Shown here: piece by piece, positions 1-8,789 of the stretch
Numbering within the stretch: the stretch's first letter is position 1
Layout: the number at the start of each line of letters is the position of its first letter
Program-made: the position numbers and the translations under genes
Origin: an uncultured Thermoleophilia bacterium
GTDB lineage: Bacteria; Actinomycetota; Thermoleophilia; UBA2241
Assembly: GCA_963777895.1 (NCBI GenBank)
Contig: CAVZSF010000003.1
Span: 205,832 to 269,831, forward strand
Direction: 5' to 3'
DNA: 64,000 nt
The notes under the pieces: model-generated
The model's database searches: none
The model's input: the letters and a program-made list of their open reading frames with translations, nothing else
Told to the model about the DNA's origin: nothing

Positions 1-373
1 TCAGGAGGTCGCCGGCGGTGAGGCCGCGGGCCAGCTCGAGGATGCGCGCGGCCGCCTCGCGGCCGCGCGCATCCGGCACGGGGTGCGCGGCCTCCACGAC
101 CTCGACACGCTCGCACGGCACGCCGTGGCCGTCGCGTGTCACGACGAGCCCTTCGAGCGAGTCCGCCCTCTGCCCCCAGCGGGCCGCCGCATCGAGCTCG
201 ACGGCGCGAGCCATCGCGGCGGCGGCCTTGCCTGCGCCGACGACGACGGCGCGCCCCGCGGGAGGCGGCGGCAGCCTGCCCGGCAGCAGCCGGGCCGGGT
301 CCGCCGCCGCCACCGCGGCGTCGAACAGCGCGCGCAGGAAGATGCGCGGCTCGGTCGCACTAACGCCGCGCAT
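1..373 (-). CDS. Glycerate 2-kinase (TtuD/GckA, MOFRL family), N-terminal part; runs off window edge
   Basis: Not in the ORF track. Manual translation from ATG 373 (alternative GTG 406): ..RIFLRALFDAAVAAADP..AVVVGAGKAAAAMARAVE..EGLVVTRDGH..EVVEAAHPVPDARG.. carries the GAGKAA and EAxHPxPD motifs. Confidence 0.88.
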   Translation of the reverse strand, partial: MRGVSATEPRIFLRALFDAAVAAADPARLLPGRLPPPPAGRAVVVGAGKAAAAMARAVELDAAARWGQRADSLEGLVVTRDGHGVPCERVEVVEAAHPVPDARGREAAARILELARGLTAGDLL

Positions 374-461
374 CTCATGCAGCGAGCCCCCGCCGAACCG
401 CCTCACTGGTCCCCCTGGCCGGGCGCCGTCACGCCGTCTGCTGCGGCCTTCCGCGGCACCG

Positions 462-3194
462 TCAGATCAGGCCGTGCAGCCGCTCCGTGAGCGCGTCGAA
501 CTCGCCGCCCTTGAAGCAGTAGCCGATCTCCGTGAACGGCGAACGCAGTCGCTCGACCTCGGCTTTCACGGCGCGGCCTTCGAGGATCACGGCCGCCATG
601 AGCTCGGCGGCCGCGGCGAAGTCCTGCGGTCCCATGCCGAAGCGCGTCAGCTCCGCCACACCGAGACGCAAGCCGCCGGCCGCCGTGAACCCTTCCTCGT
701 CGGGCGTCGCCTGATAGTTGCAGATGATGTTGTTGGCCTCGAGGAGCTCGGCGACCTCCGCGCCACGGCCGTACCCGACATCCACCACGACCTGGTGGGT
801 CTCGGTGAAGTCCACGGCCGGGTCGCCCTGCACGTCGAGCCCGGCGTCGTGCAGCGCCCGGGCGAATGCCTTGGCGTTGCCGATCACGGCCTGCTGGTAG
901 GCGTCCTTGAAGTGGTTCATCTCGTAGGCCGCCATGAGTAGGCCGAGCAGCGTCCCGAGGTGGTGGTTCGAGACTGACCCGGGGAAGGCGCGCCGCTCGA
1001 TCGCCTCCCAGAGATCCCAGCGCTCCTCGGGTTCCTGCCAGTTCCCGCCGATGAGGCCGCGCTGCGTGCCGAAGAAGGTCTTGTGCGTCGAGCCCGTGAC
1101 GATGTGGGCGCCCTCGGCGAACGGCTGCTGGAAGTAGGGGCCGACCAGGCCGAGGACGTGGGCCATGTCGTACATCAGGACGGCTCTGCTGCCCGTCTCG
1201 TCGAGGAAGCGCCGTACCTCCGCCACCGGCTCGCGATGAAGGACCATGCTCTTGCCCAGGATGATGAGCTCGGGGTCTTCTTTGGCGATCAGTTCGAGCA
1301 GGGCCGGCACGTCCGGCTTGTAGGGGTTGTCGGCAAGCACCGGGATGTCTTCCACGCCCGGCTGCTCGGTGCGCGGGTCGCGGGCGACGAAATCGCGCAG
1401 CGCCCCCATGGGCTGCGCGCTCAGGTGCCCGCCCTTGCCGATGTGATTGTTGATGACCTTGCGGATGCGCCGCGGCTCTGCCTTGCGGTCGGCGCGGTTC
1501 AGGTAGTCGACCAGTGCGCTGAAGACGGCGGCGTTGGCCATCTGGCCGCTGATGACGCGGGTCTCGACCTCGGCGCAGCCCAGGAAGGCCTTCAGTTCCT
1601 GCTGGAGGAGCCGTTCGACCTCATGGATGAACGAGGTGCCTTGATAGTAGAAGACCTCGAGGTCGTAGAAGGCTTCCGTCTTCTTGTGCTCCGCGTAGCG
1701 GAAGGCGGGGTCGCTGACGCTCAACAGGCGCACCGGCGGCGAGGCCGTCATCTCGGAGGGGATGAGGTCGAGCGACCGGGACTGGCGCCACTCGTGATTG
1801 GCGATGGCTCCTTCGACGAGGCGGAGGGCGAGCCGCTCCCGCCCGCCTTCGGGGAGTGGCGGCAGCTCGGGCTCGTGGTCCCAGACGATCGCCCGCGCGC
1901 ACGGTGGTGCATCGCTGCGCAGGTGGTACGGGACGACGAGGCCGGGGACGCGCTTGCCGCGCACGTCGACCTCGACCGCGTCGTCCTCGACGACCCGGCT
2001 GTCCACGTACGCCAGGGCGATCGAGCGCAGGTCGTGGTCCCCGGTCTGTGTCGAGCACAGACCCTCGCCCTCGAGGCCCCAGTAGGGGACCGCCGTGCCG
2101 CTCGTGACCCAGCCCACGTGCTCGTCACCGCGGTAGACCGGCGCGCCTTCCCGGGCGATGCCGCGTCCGGTGATGGCCACGGGACGGGTCATCTTCGGGA
2201 GGTCGTCGACCAGCGACCAGTCGCGGATCAAGATGCGTTCGTAGGCCGCATGCTGCCGTTCGAGCGCCGCGCGCCCGACGTAGTCCCCCTTACGCGGCGA
2301 GAAGCTGACCGCGAAGGAGGCCAGCGGGCAGCTCATGATGGGGATCTCGTGGCCGCCGGGATCCAGGCCGAGCTCGTGGCCGTACAGCGGCAGGCCCGCC
2401 TCGAGGCGCAGCGTGTCGCGGGCGCCCAGGCCGACGGGCAGGGCGCCCGCCGCGACGAGCGCGTCCCACAGGACCGGCGCGTCGGCTGAGGCGACGAAGA
2501 GCTCGAAGCAGAGCGGTTCGCCCGTATAGCCGGTGCGGCCGACCCGCACCTCGACGGCTCTGCTGTGGCCGTTGCCGCCGGCGTCGCCTCCGGCGCGGAC
2601 GGTCACGATACTGAGGCGATTGCGCAGGGGCTCGGGCAGGTCGCCGGCCTCGATGAGTCCGGCCAGGATCGCCCGAGCCTCCCTGCCCTGCAGCGCCAGC
2701 ATGGCGATGTCATACGTGCGGTCCTCGATGACGAAGCCGCCGGGCTCGGGTGTGCAGCCGAATGCCTCGCCCGGCCCCACCATCGTACCGCCGAAGCGCG
2801 CCACATACGTGCGGAGGTGCTCCCAGTCCTTCTCACGGTTCGAAGCGTTCACGACGAGCAGCCAGTCGTCCTCGCCGAAGCGATAGAGGTAGGCGTCGTC
2901 GACGGCGCCGCCGGTCTCGTTCGGGATGATGGTGTACTGCGCCTCGAGCGGGTCGAGAGCCTCACAGTTGCCCGTGAGCACGTGCTGCAGGAAGGGGACG
3001 GCCCCCTCGCCGTGCAGCACGAAGCGTCCCATGTGCGAGACGTCGAAGAGGCCCGCCGCCGACCGGGTCGCGAGGTGCTCGGCGATGATGCCGGTCGGGT
3101 ACTGCACCGGCATCTCCCAGCCGGCGAAGTCGACCAGCCTCGCGCCCAGCGCGTCGTGACGGTCGTGGAGCGGCGTCTTCAGCAGGGTGGTCAT
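462..3194 (-). CDS. Fusion of glycine-cleavage T protein (aminomethyltransferase) and serine hydroxymethyltransferase
   Basis: N-half has KTPLH, DFAGWEMPVQY, LFDVSHMG, RTGYTGE, GLGARDTLRLEAGLPLYGHEL (GcvT). C-half has LIPSE, DMAHVLGL, GSTHKTFFG (PLP Lys) and FPGSVSNHH (SHMT). One uninterrupted 910-aa ORF. Confidence 0.93.
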   Translation of the reverse strand: MTTLLKTPLHDRHDALGARLVDFAGWEMPVQYPTGIIAEHLATRSAAGLFDVSHMGRFVLHGEGAVPFLQHVLTGNCEALDPLEAQYTIIPNETGGAVDDAYLYRFGEDDWLLVVNASNREKDWEHLRTYVARFGGTMVGPGEAFGCTPEPGGFVIEDRTYDIAMLALQGREARAILAGLIEAGDLPEPLRNRLSIVTVRAGGDAGGNGHSRAVEVRVGRTGYTGEPLCFELFVASADAPVLWDALVAAGALPVGLGARDTLRLEAGLPLYGHELGLDPGGHEIPIMSCPLASFAVSFSPRKGDYVGRAALERQHAAYERILIRDWSLVDDLPKMTRPVAITGRGIAREGAPVYRGDEHVGWVTSGTAVPYWGLEGEGLCSTQTGDHDLRSIALAYVDSRVVEDDAVEVDVRGKRVPGLVVPYHLRSDAPPCARAIVWDHEPELPPLPEGGRERLALRLVEGAIANHEWRQSRSLDLIPSEMTASPPVRLLSVSDPAFRYAEHKKTEAFYDLEVFYYQGTSFIHEVERLLQQELKAFLGCAEVETRVISGQMANAAVFSALVDYLNRADRKAEPRRIRKVINNHIGKGGHLSAQPMGALRDFVARDPRTEQPGVEDIPVLADNPYKPDVPALLELIAKEDPELIILGKSMVLHREPVAEVRRFLDETGSRAVLMYDMAHVLGLVGPYFQQPFAEGAHIVTGSTHKTFFGTQRGLIGGNWQEPEERWDLWEAIERRAFPGSVSNHHLGTLLGLLMAAYEMNHFKDAYQQAVIGNAKAFARALHDAGLDVQGDPAVDFTETHQVVVDVGYGRGAEVAELLEANNIICNYQATPDEEGFTAAGGLRLGVAELTRFGMGPQDFAAAAELMAAVILEGRAVKAEVERLRSPFTEIGYCFKGGEFDALTERLHGLI

Positions 3195-3243
3195 CGTCGT
3201 CCTTCCGTCGCCGCCTGCGCCGCACCGGGACGCGTCGCGCCCC

Positions 3244-4455
3244 TCACGCCTCGGCCCAGGCCTTCAGCCCGCCGAGACCTTCCTCGATCCGTTCGACCGA
3301 GATGCCGGAGTACGCAAAGCGCGCGTAGCGGCGCGTCTCGCCAGGCAGTTCGCTGCCGAAGTGCAGGCGCGTGCAGAACGACACGCCGGTCTGCTCCAGG
3401 GCGTCTTTGCGCAGCTTGTCGTAGGTCGCGAAGCCCTTGCGCTCCATGACCTTGGTGAAGTCGGGGAAGAGGTAGAAGGTCGCCTCGGGCGAGTAGCAGG
3501 AGACGCCGCCGATGGCGTTCAGCCCGCGCACCGCGGCGTCACGCCGCTCGCGCAACGTGGCGAGTATCTGCTGCGCGCCGCTCTGGTCGCCGGTCAGCGC
3601 CTCGACGCCGGCCCACTGGATGAAGTGGCTGGTGCAGGACTCCTGGTTGACGTTCATGGTGGCGATCACCGAGATGAGGTCCTTCGGCCCGATCGCTCCG
3701 CCGAGGCGCCAGCCCGTCATGGCGAACTTCTTGCTGAAGGTGTAGAGGATGACGGTGCGCTCCTGCATGCCCGGGAGCGCTGCGATCGACGTGCTCTCTC
3801 CGGAGTAGCGGATGTCCCAATAGGCCTCGTCGCTGAGCACGTAAAGGTCGTGCTTCTGAGCAAGCTCAGCGAGCGCCTCTCGTTCGCTGTCGCGGCTCTC
3901 GGCGCCGGTCGGATTGTGGAGGTCGTTGAAGATGAGCAGCTTGGTGCGTGGCGTGATCGAGGCCTCGATGGCGTCGAAGTCGAGCAGGAAGTTGGTCTCG
4001 CCGGGCACGAAGCCGTAGGGCTTGGGCACACCGCCCAGGAAGTTGATCTGCGACTCGTAGATGGGGAAGCCGGGGTTCGGGTAGAGGACCTCGTCGCCGG
4101 GATCCATCAGGGCGAGCAGGAACTTGCTGATGACGGGCTTTCCGCCCGGTTGCACCGCGACGTTCTCGGGGCCGTACGGCAAGCCGTGCGTGGCCGCGAT
4201 CTCATCGGCGAGCGCCTGCCGCAGCTCCGGGATGCCGCCGTTCGGGCAGTAGCCGGTCTTGCCGTCGGCAATCGCGCGATCGGCGGCCTCGACGACGTTG
4301 TGCGGGGTGGCGAGGTCGATGTCGCCCAGATGGAAGGGGTACACCTTGTTGCCTCTGGCCGCCCAGGCGGCGCACTCCGCGCCTACCGCGAAGGCCGTCT
4401 CGGTGCCGAGACGTCCGACCCGTTCCGCGAACGGCAGCGTTCCGCTGGTCTTCAT
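3244..4455 (-). CDS. Class I/II PLP-dependent aminotransferase
   Basis: GYCPNGGIPELR, NDLHNPTG, SDEAY and TFSKKFAMTGWRLG motifs; GAGGAGG SD upstream. Confidence 0.92.
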   Translation of the reverse strand: MKTSGTLPFAERVGRLGTETAFAVGAECAAWAARGNKVYPFHLGDIDLATPHNVVEAADRAIADGKTGYCPNGGIPELRQALADEIAATHGLPYGPENVAVQPGGKPVISKFLLALMDPGDEVLYPNPGFPIYESQINFLGGVPKPYGFVPGETNFLLDFDAIEASITPRTKLLIFNDLHNPTGAESRDSEREALAELAQKHDLYVLSDEAYWDIRYSGESTSIAALPGMQERTVILYTFSKKFAMTGWRLGGAIGPKDLISVIATMNVNQESCTSHFIQWAGVEALTGDQSGAQQILATLRERRDAAVRGLNAIGGVSCYSPEATFYLFPDFTKVMERKGFATYDKLRKDALEQTGVSFCTRLHFGSELPGETRRYARFAYSGISVERIEEGLGGLKAWAEA

Positions 4456-4489
4456 GTGGTCCTCCTCGCCGGGCCCCTGTGCCCCTGTC

Positions 4490-5641
4490 TCACCCCGGCC
4501 CCGTCGTGGGAAGGCCGAGCTCCTTTGCGTTCACGATGCTGGGGGCTGCCTGCGGCGGCCGCTCCCCCAGGAAGGCGTCGATATCGTCGGGGTCGTCCCA
4601 GGCCGGCCAGCCCTGCAGTACGGCGGCGACGTTCGTGGCAGCCAGGGTCGCCATGCCCTCGCGCGTCCAGCTCGTGGCGGAGCCGAGGTGCGGGATGCTG
4701 ACCACGTTGGGCAGGTCGAGGAGGCCGGGCTCGACGGCGGGTTCGTTCTCGAACACGTCGAGCCCGGCCTTGAAATCCGGATGCGTCCGGGCGTGCTCCA
4801 CGAGTGCCTTCTCGTCGACGAGCGGGCCGCGGCTGGCGTTGACGAACACGCAGTGTGGCTTGGTCAGCGCCAGCCGCGGCCCGTCGATCAGGTGGTAGGT
4901 CTCCTCGGTGAGCACGCTGTGCACGCTGATCACGTCGGCCTCGCGCATGACCTCTTCGATGCTGCCCGCACGCCGCACCCGCACCGGTTCCTCGCCGTGC
5001 TCCTCGAGGAAGCGCGAGTAGTCCCTCATGTAGGTCTCGAGGGCCTCCTGGCGGTGGGGGTCGAAGTACAAGAGGTCCATCTTGTGGCCTTCGACCATCA
5101 TGCGCGCGTAGGCGGAGCCGATGCGGCCGGCGCCGATCACGCCGAGCGTGCGCCGCCAGAGAAGTTCGCCCTGGAAGAGCGTCGGCAGCCAGGCGTGATA
5201 CCTGCCTGCGGCGAGGAACTGGTGGGACTCGACGATGCGGCGTCCCGCCGCGAAGGTGAGGGCGACGGCGAGCTCGGCCGTCGTCTCGGTCAATACGCCG
5301 GGCGTGTTGCCGACGGCGATGCCGCCCGCCGTCGCCGCCGCGACGTCGACGTTGTTGTAGCCGACGGCGTAGTTGCTGTAGGCGACGCCGCCGGCGGCGC
5401 GCAGTGCGTCCAGCACCTCGGCGTCCCAGGCCTCGGTGAGCTGCCCTATGACGGCGTCGCACGACCCGCCGATCGCCTCGAGCAGCTCGCTCTTGCTCAG
5501 GATCGCCTCGGTCTGGCAGACCTCAACGCGGCAGTCCGCGTCGCGCAGCCGCTCGAGCCACAGCTCGCCCGGCAGCACCTTGGTCGCCAGCACCCGCCGG
5601 CTGCCGCCGGGATGCAGGATCTCGCACGCCATGCCGCCCAT
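4490..5641 (-). CDS. Hydroxypyruvate reductase / D-glycerate dehydrogenase, plant HPR1-like
   Basis: AVGYNNVD, GNTPGVLTETTAELA, GVIGAGRIG, NASRG, GLDVFENEP, PHLGSATSWTREGMATLAA; start 5641 or 5632. Confidence 0.92.
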   Translation of the reverse strand: MGGMACEILHPGGSRRVLATKVLPGELWLERLRDADCRVEVCQTEAILSKSELLEAIGGSCDAVIGQLTEAWDAEVLDALRAAGGVAYSNYAVGYNNVDVAAATAGGIAVGNTPGVLTETTAELAVALTFAAGRRIVESHQFLAAGRYHAWLPTLFQGELLWRRTLGVIGAGRIGSAYARMMVEGHKMDLLYFDPHRQEALETYMRDYSRFLEEHGEEPVRVRRAGSIEEVMREADVISVHSVLTEETYHLIDGPRLALTKPHCVFVNASRGPLVDEKALVEHARTHPDFKAGLDVFENEPAVEPGLLDLPNVVSIPHLGSATSWTREGMATLAATNVAAVLQGWPAWDDPDDIDAFLGERPPQAAPSIVNAKELGLPTTGPG

Positions 5642-5671
5642 CTCGCTCCGTTCATTCCCTTAAAACGCGCA

Positions 5672-5700
5672 GGACAGGGCGAGCTTCCCTCACCCTGTCC
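5672..5700 (-). terminator. Putative terminator/expression-platform hairpin of the glycine riboswitch
   Basis: Minus strand GGACAGGGTGAG-ggaag-CTCGCCCTGTCC (12-bp stem with one G-U) followed by TGCGCGTTTT. Confidence 0.55.
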
Positions 5701-5738
5701 CAGTACCGCGTTGGAGCGGCCGGTCCGGGGGCCCGTCC

Positions 5739-5850
5739 CGTCGCGATCCGTGAGCCTGAGAGTTTCGGCGGCCTGCCGGCCCCTTGCCCCTTCGGCGCCC
5801 GTCTCTCCGGCTGGTCACGGCTGCCGGCGACGGTCTCTCTCGCGACGTTC
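5739..5850 (-). promoter_or_regulatory. Glycine riboswitch (single aptamer)
   Basis: Minus strand GTCGCGAGAGAGACCG...CGCCGAAGGGGCAA...GAAACTCTCAGGC...TCGCGAC matches the glycine aptamer core; lies upstream of the gcvT-containing operon. Confidence 0.88.
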
Positions 5851-5886
5851 AGTCGGGCTTCCTCTGCGATGCAGTGCAGGCGGAAT

Positions 5887-6453
5887 CTAGCAGCGCCCCC
5901 CGCAACGGGCAACCGTCTTGCGCCGGACAGGCGTGGAGAGCGTCCACAGGGCGTAGCCGGCCAGCACTCCCAACGCGTTGAGCAGCACGTCGTCGGTTTC
6001 CACGTACCTGTACGGGAAGGCAGCCGCAGCCGAGAGGGCGAGCTGGCCAAGCTCGATGACGAGGCCGGTCGCGATGCCGGCGGCGACGGCGCGCGGCCAC
6101 GTCGCGGCGCGCGCCGTCGCCGCCGGCAGCAGGAACCCCAGGGGAACGAAGAGGAGGACGTTGCCGAGCAGGATGCGCAGACTCTCCCACTGGCCCACGC
6201 CTTGCACGAGCTCGTGGATCGACAGCAGCGGCACGAGCCTCACGTGGGTGATCAGGGCGCCGGCGCCCTCCGGAGGGATGGCATCCCCGCCGACCGGGAT
6301 CGGGAAGAACGCCTGTCCGGCCAGCCAGGTGAGGTAGCCGGCAAGGAGCAGGCGTGCCGCCAGGCGTGCGGCCGGGAGGGTCCGACGGCCCGACTGCCAG
6401 ATCCATACGACGACGAGGATGCCGGCCGGCGTCAAGCACCAGGCGGACAGCAC
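5887..6453 (-). CDS. VanZ family membrane protein
   Basis: Hydrophobic helices with LGNVLLFVPLG, IELGQ and ETDDVLLNALG motifs. Confidence 0.85.
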   Translation of the reverse strand: MLSAWCLTPAGILVVVWIWQSGRRTLPAARLAARLLLAGYLTWLAGQAFFPIPVGGDAIPPEGAGALITHVRLVPLLSIHELVQGVGQWESLRILLGNVLLFVPLGFLLPAATARAATWPRAVAAGIATGLVIELGQLALSAAAAFPYRYVETDDVLLNALGVLAGYALWTLSTPVRRKTVARCGGRC

Positions 6454-7938
6454 CTAGGCGACCTCTGCCGCGCCCGGTTCGGCGCCGCCCGACGGCGCGT
6501 CGGCTGCAGTCGCCATGGGGACGGGTCCGCCTGAGGATCTGCCCCCGGCCGCCGTCATGTCCGCCAGGATCGTCTCGAGTAGCGGGAGCAGGAGCTGCAC
6601 CCTGCTGTGACGTATGGCGACGTCCCACAGCGGCTCCATCTTCTTCCAGCCCGCGGTGTAGAGCAGGTGACGCAAGCGCGCCGCTGCCCCGTCCTTCGTC
6701 GCGGCCGCCGTCAGGATGGAGCGCCAGCTGTAGAAATCCCGATAGGCCCGTCGATAGCCGGCCTCGAGCTGGGAGGGTGACATGAGTGCGGGGCTAAAGA
6801 CGGCATGGCGTGTGTCGTAGCGGTCCCAGTCGTTCGTGAGCATCCGTCCTTCTGCCGTGAGGCGTCGCTCGAGAGCGGTGCCGGGGTACGGGGTCAGGAT
6901 GTGGAAGGTGGCCGTCTCCACCCCTTGCGCGACGGCCCACTCCGCCGTGCGGCCGAACACGGAGCGGTCGTCCTGGTCCATCCCGAAGACAAAGCTCGCG
7001 TTGACCATGACGCCGAGGTCGTGCATGCGCCGGATGGCGGCCTCGTACCGCAGGCGCGTGTCGCGCCCGCCGGCGTCGGTCGCGCGCTCGAGGTTCTGCA
7101 CCTTCCCGACGGAGCGTAGCCCTTCCGGCGAGAGCGTCTCGAACCCGACGAACAGGCTGCGGCAGCCAGCCTCGACCGCGCGCTCGAGCAGGCCCGGGCG
7201 GAGCACGCCTTCCACGGTCGCCGCCGCCTGCCAGACGCGGCCCATGCCACGCATGCCTTCGAAGAGTCGCGCGGCGAAGCGCGGGCTGCCGAACAGGTTG
7301 TCGTCGAGGAAGTAGAGGTGCCGGCCGGGGAGCCTTTCGACCTCGGTGAGGGCTTCGCGGAGCGGCTGCAGGTAGAAGGAGCTGCCGCCGGCGAAGAACG
7401 ACTCCTTGTAGCAGAACTCGCAGAGGTGGGGGCAGCCACGCGAGACCACGAGCGAGTTCGGCACCAGGTAGAGCCCGCGCTTGATCAGGTCGCGCCGTGG
7501 AGGGGGAGCACCGGCCAGACTGCGAGTGTGCGAGCGGTAGATGCGGCCGGGCGAGCGCGCCTTGAGATCGGCGAGAAAGCGCGGCCAGATGTCCTCCCCG
7601 GGTCCGACGAAGACGCTGTTCGCGTGTCTTGCGGCCTCGACGGGGAGGGCAGTCGGGTGGAGGCCGCCCAGACAGACGTGGGCGCCACGGTCGCGGTAGT
7701 GGACGGCGAGCGCGTAGGCACGCCGCGCCGAGGTGACGTACGCCTCGATGACGACGAGGTCGGGCTCGCGGTCGAGGGGCACGTCTTCGACGTGCTCGTC
7801 GCAGAGCTCCACCTCGTCGTCCGGGTCGAGGTAGGCGGCCAGCGTCGCCAGCCCGAGCGGCGGGAAGAGCGAGTACTTCAAGGGTCGCCGCGGGCCGGCT
7901 GCTGCCGATTCCCGGGGCAGGATCATGAGGACCTTCAT
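6454..7938 (-). CDS. Cobalamin-binding (class B) radical SAM protein
   Basis: True start MKVLMILP at 7938 (ATGA overlap with upstream stop); PPLGLATLAA, GGLHPT, SRGCPHLCEFC (CxxxCxxC), FLDDN, GFET, TPYPGT. Confidence 0.9.
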   Translation of the reverse strand: MKVLMILPRESAAAGPRRPLKYSLFPPLGLATLAAYLDPDDEVELCDEHVEDVPLDREPDLVVIEAYVTSARRAYALAVHYRDRGAHVCLGGLHPTALPVEAARHANSVFVGPGEDIWPRFLADLKARSPGRIYRSHTRSLAGAPPPRRDLIKRGLYLVPNSLVVSRGCPHLCEFCYKESFFAGGSSFYLQPLREALTEVERLPGRHLYFLDDNLFGSPRFAARLFEGMRGMGRVWQAAATVEGVLRPGLLERAVEAGCRSLFVGFETLSPEGLRSVGKVQNLERATDAGGRDTRLRYEAAIRRMHDLGVMVNASFVFGMDQDDRSVFGRTAEWAVAQGVETATFHILTPYPGTALERRLTAEGRMLTNDWDRYDTRHAVFSPALMSPSQLEAGYRRAYRDFYSWRSILTAAATKDGAAARLRHLLYTAGWKKMEPLWDVAIRHSRVQLLLPLLETILADMTAAGGRSSGGPVPMATAADAPSGGAEPGAAEVA

Positions 7939-8632
7939 CGCGAGCCCGGCGCGGGCCGCGGATCTCGGCCCCGGCGCGCGACGGCAGAGTCGAGGAGGGC
8001 CTCGAAACCCGCCGCGAAATCGTCCGGCCGGTCCCACTCCATGAGGCGCAGGCCGACGGCCCATGAGGCTCGGGTACTCGCCGCGATGGCCGGCGAGCTG
8101 CGCCACAACGGCGGCCTTCGGCACATCACGGGCGAGCAGCTGCGCGTAGCCCAAGCCGAGCGTGAACGCTCCCAGGGAGTGGTAGATGCGGGCGGCCTCG
8201 TCAGCAGTAAAGCCCCCCTCGAGCAGGGCACGCATCAGCGCGTCCATCCAGCGCCGCCCGTTCGGCGTGCGGATGGCCGCGGTGGCGATCAGCGGCAGCG
8301 CCCGGGGGTGACGCAGGGTGGCCTCGTGGAGGCCGGCGAACAGGAACGAGGTCCGTTCGCGCCAGCGCTCTTCGTGTCCCGGAAGCCGAAGGGCCTCTCC
8401 GGCGATGGCGTCGGCCACGGCGTCGAGCAGGGCGCGCTTGGAGCGGGAAGTGGTGGTAGAGGCTCATCGGCTTCACGCCAGCATCCGCCGCCAAGCGGCG
8501 CATGTTGAGGCCCTCGAGGCCGTCCGCGTCTATGATCGCCAGGGCGAGTTCGACGACGCGCGGTCCCGAGAGGGGGACCCTCGCGTCGCGGGCCGCCCCG
8601 CTATCGGATCCTCCTGCGCGCAACACCCCCAC
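7935..8632 (-). pseudogene. TetR/AcrR family regulator with TetR_C domain, split by two +1 frameshifts (~8445 and ~8060); possibly intact in vivo
   Basis: HTH (..ALAIIDADGLEGLNMRRLAADAGVKPMSLYHHF), middle (..DAVADAIAGEAL..EGGFTADEAARIY..) and C-terminus (..FAAGFEALLDS) lie in three frames; AGGAGG SD before GTG 8632. Confidence 0.8.
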
Positions 8633-8646
8633 ACGTCCCTCCTGAC

Positions 8647-8674
8647 CGTACAAAGTACGCCTTACAAAGTAAGG
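8647..8674. promoter_or_regulatory. Two abutting palindromic operators, probable TetR autoregulatory sites
   Basis: CGTAC-AAA-GTACG (8647-8659) and CCTTAC-AAA-GTAAGG (8660-8674), AT-rich, immediately upstream of the TetR SD. Confidence 0.7.
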
Positions 8675-8789
8675 ATACTGGCGACGCGCAAGGCCTGTCA
8701 ACGTGTGACGCTTCGGGGCTGCCCCTGTCGCTGTCTACCCAGGCGTATGATGACGATAGGAGAGGTCGGAGCGGCCCAGAGGAGGATCC

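Noticed and set aside
6451-6456. TAG directly followed in frame by the VanZ GTG, suggesting amber readthrough fusion or a recoded genetic code
   Set aside because: TAG ends trpS, hypA and the rsbW-like gene at expected lengths; simple abutting genes explain it.
6454-8418. Apparent TetR_C-radical SAM fusion (654 aa)
   Set aside because: Produced by the frameshift near 8060; the radical SAM has its own ATG at 7938 overlapping the TetR stop.
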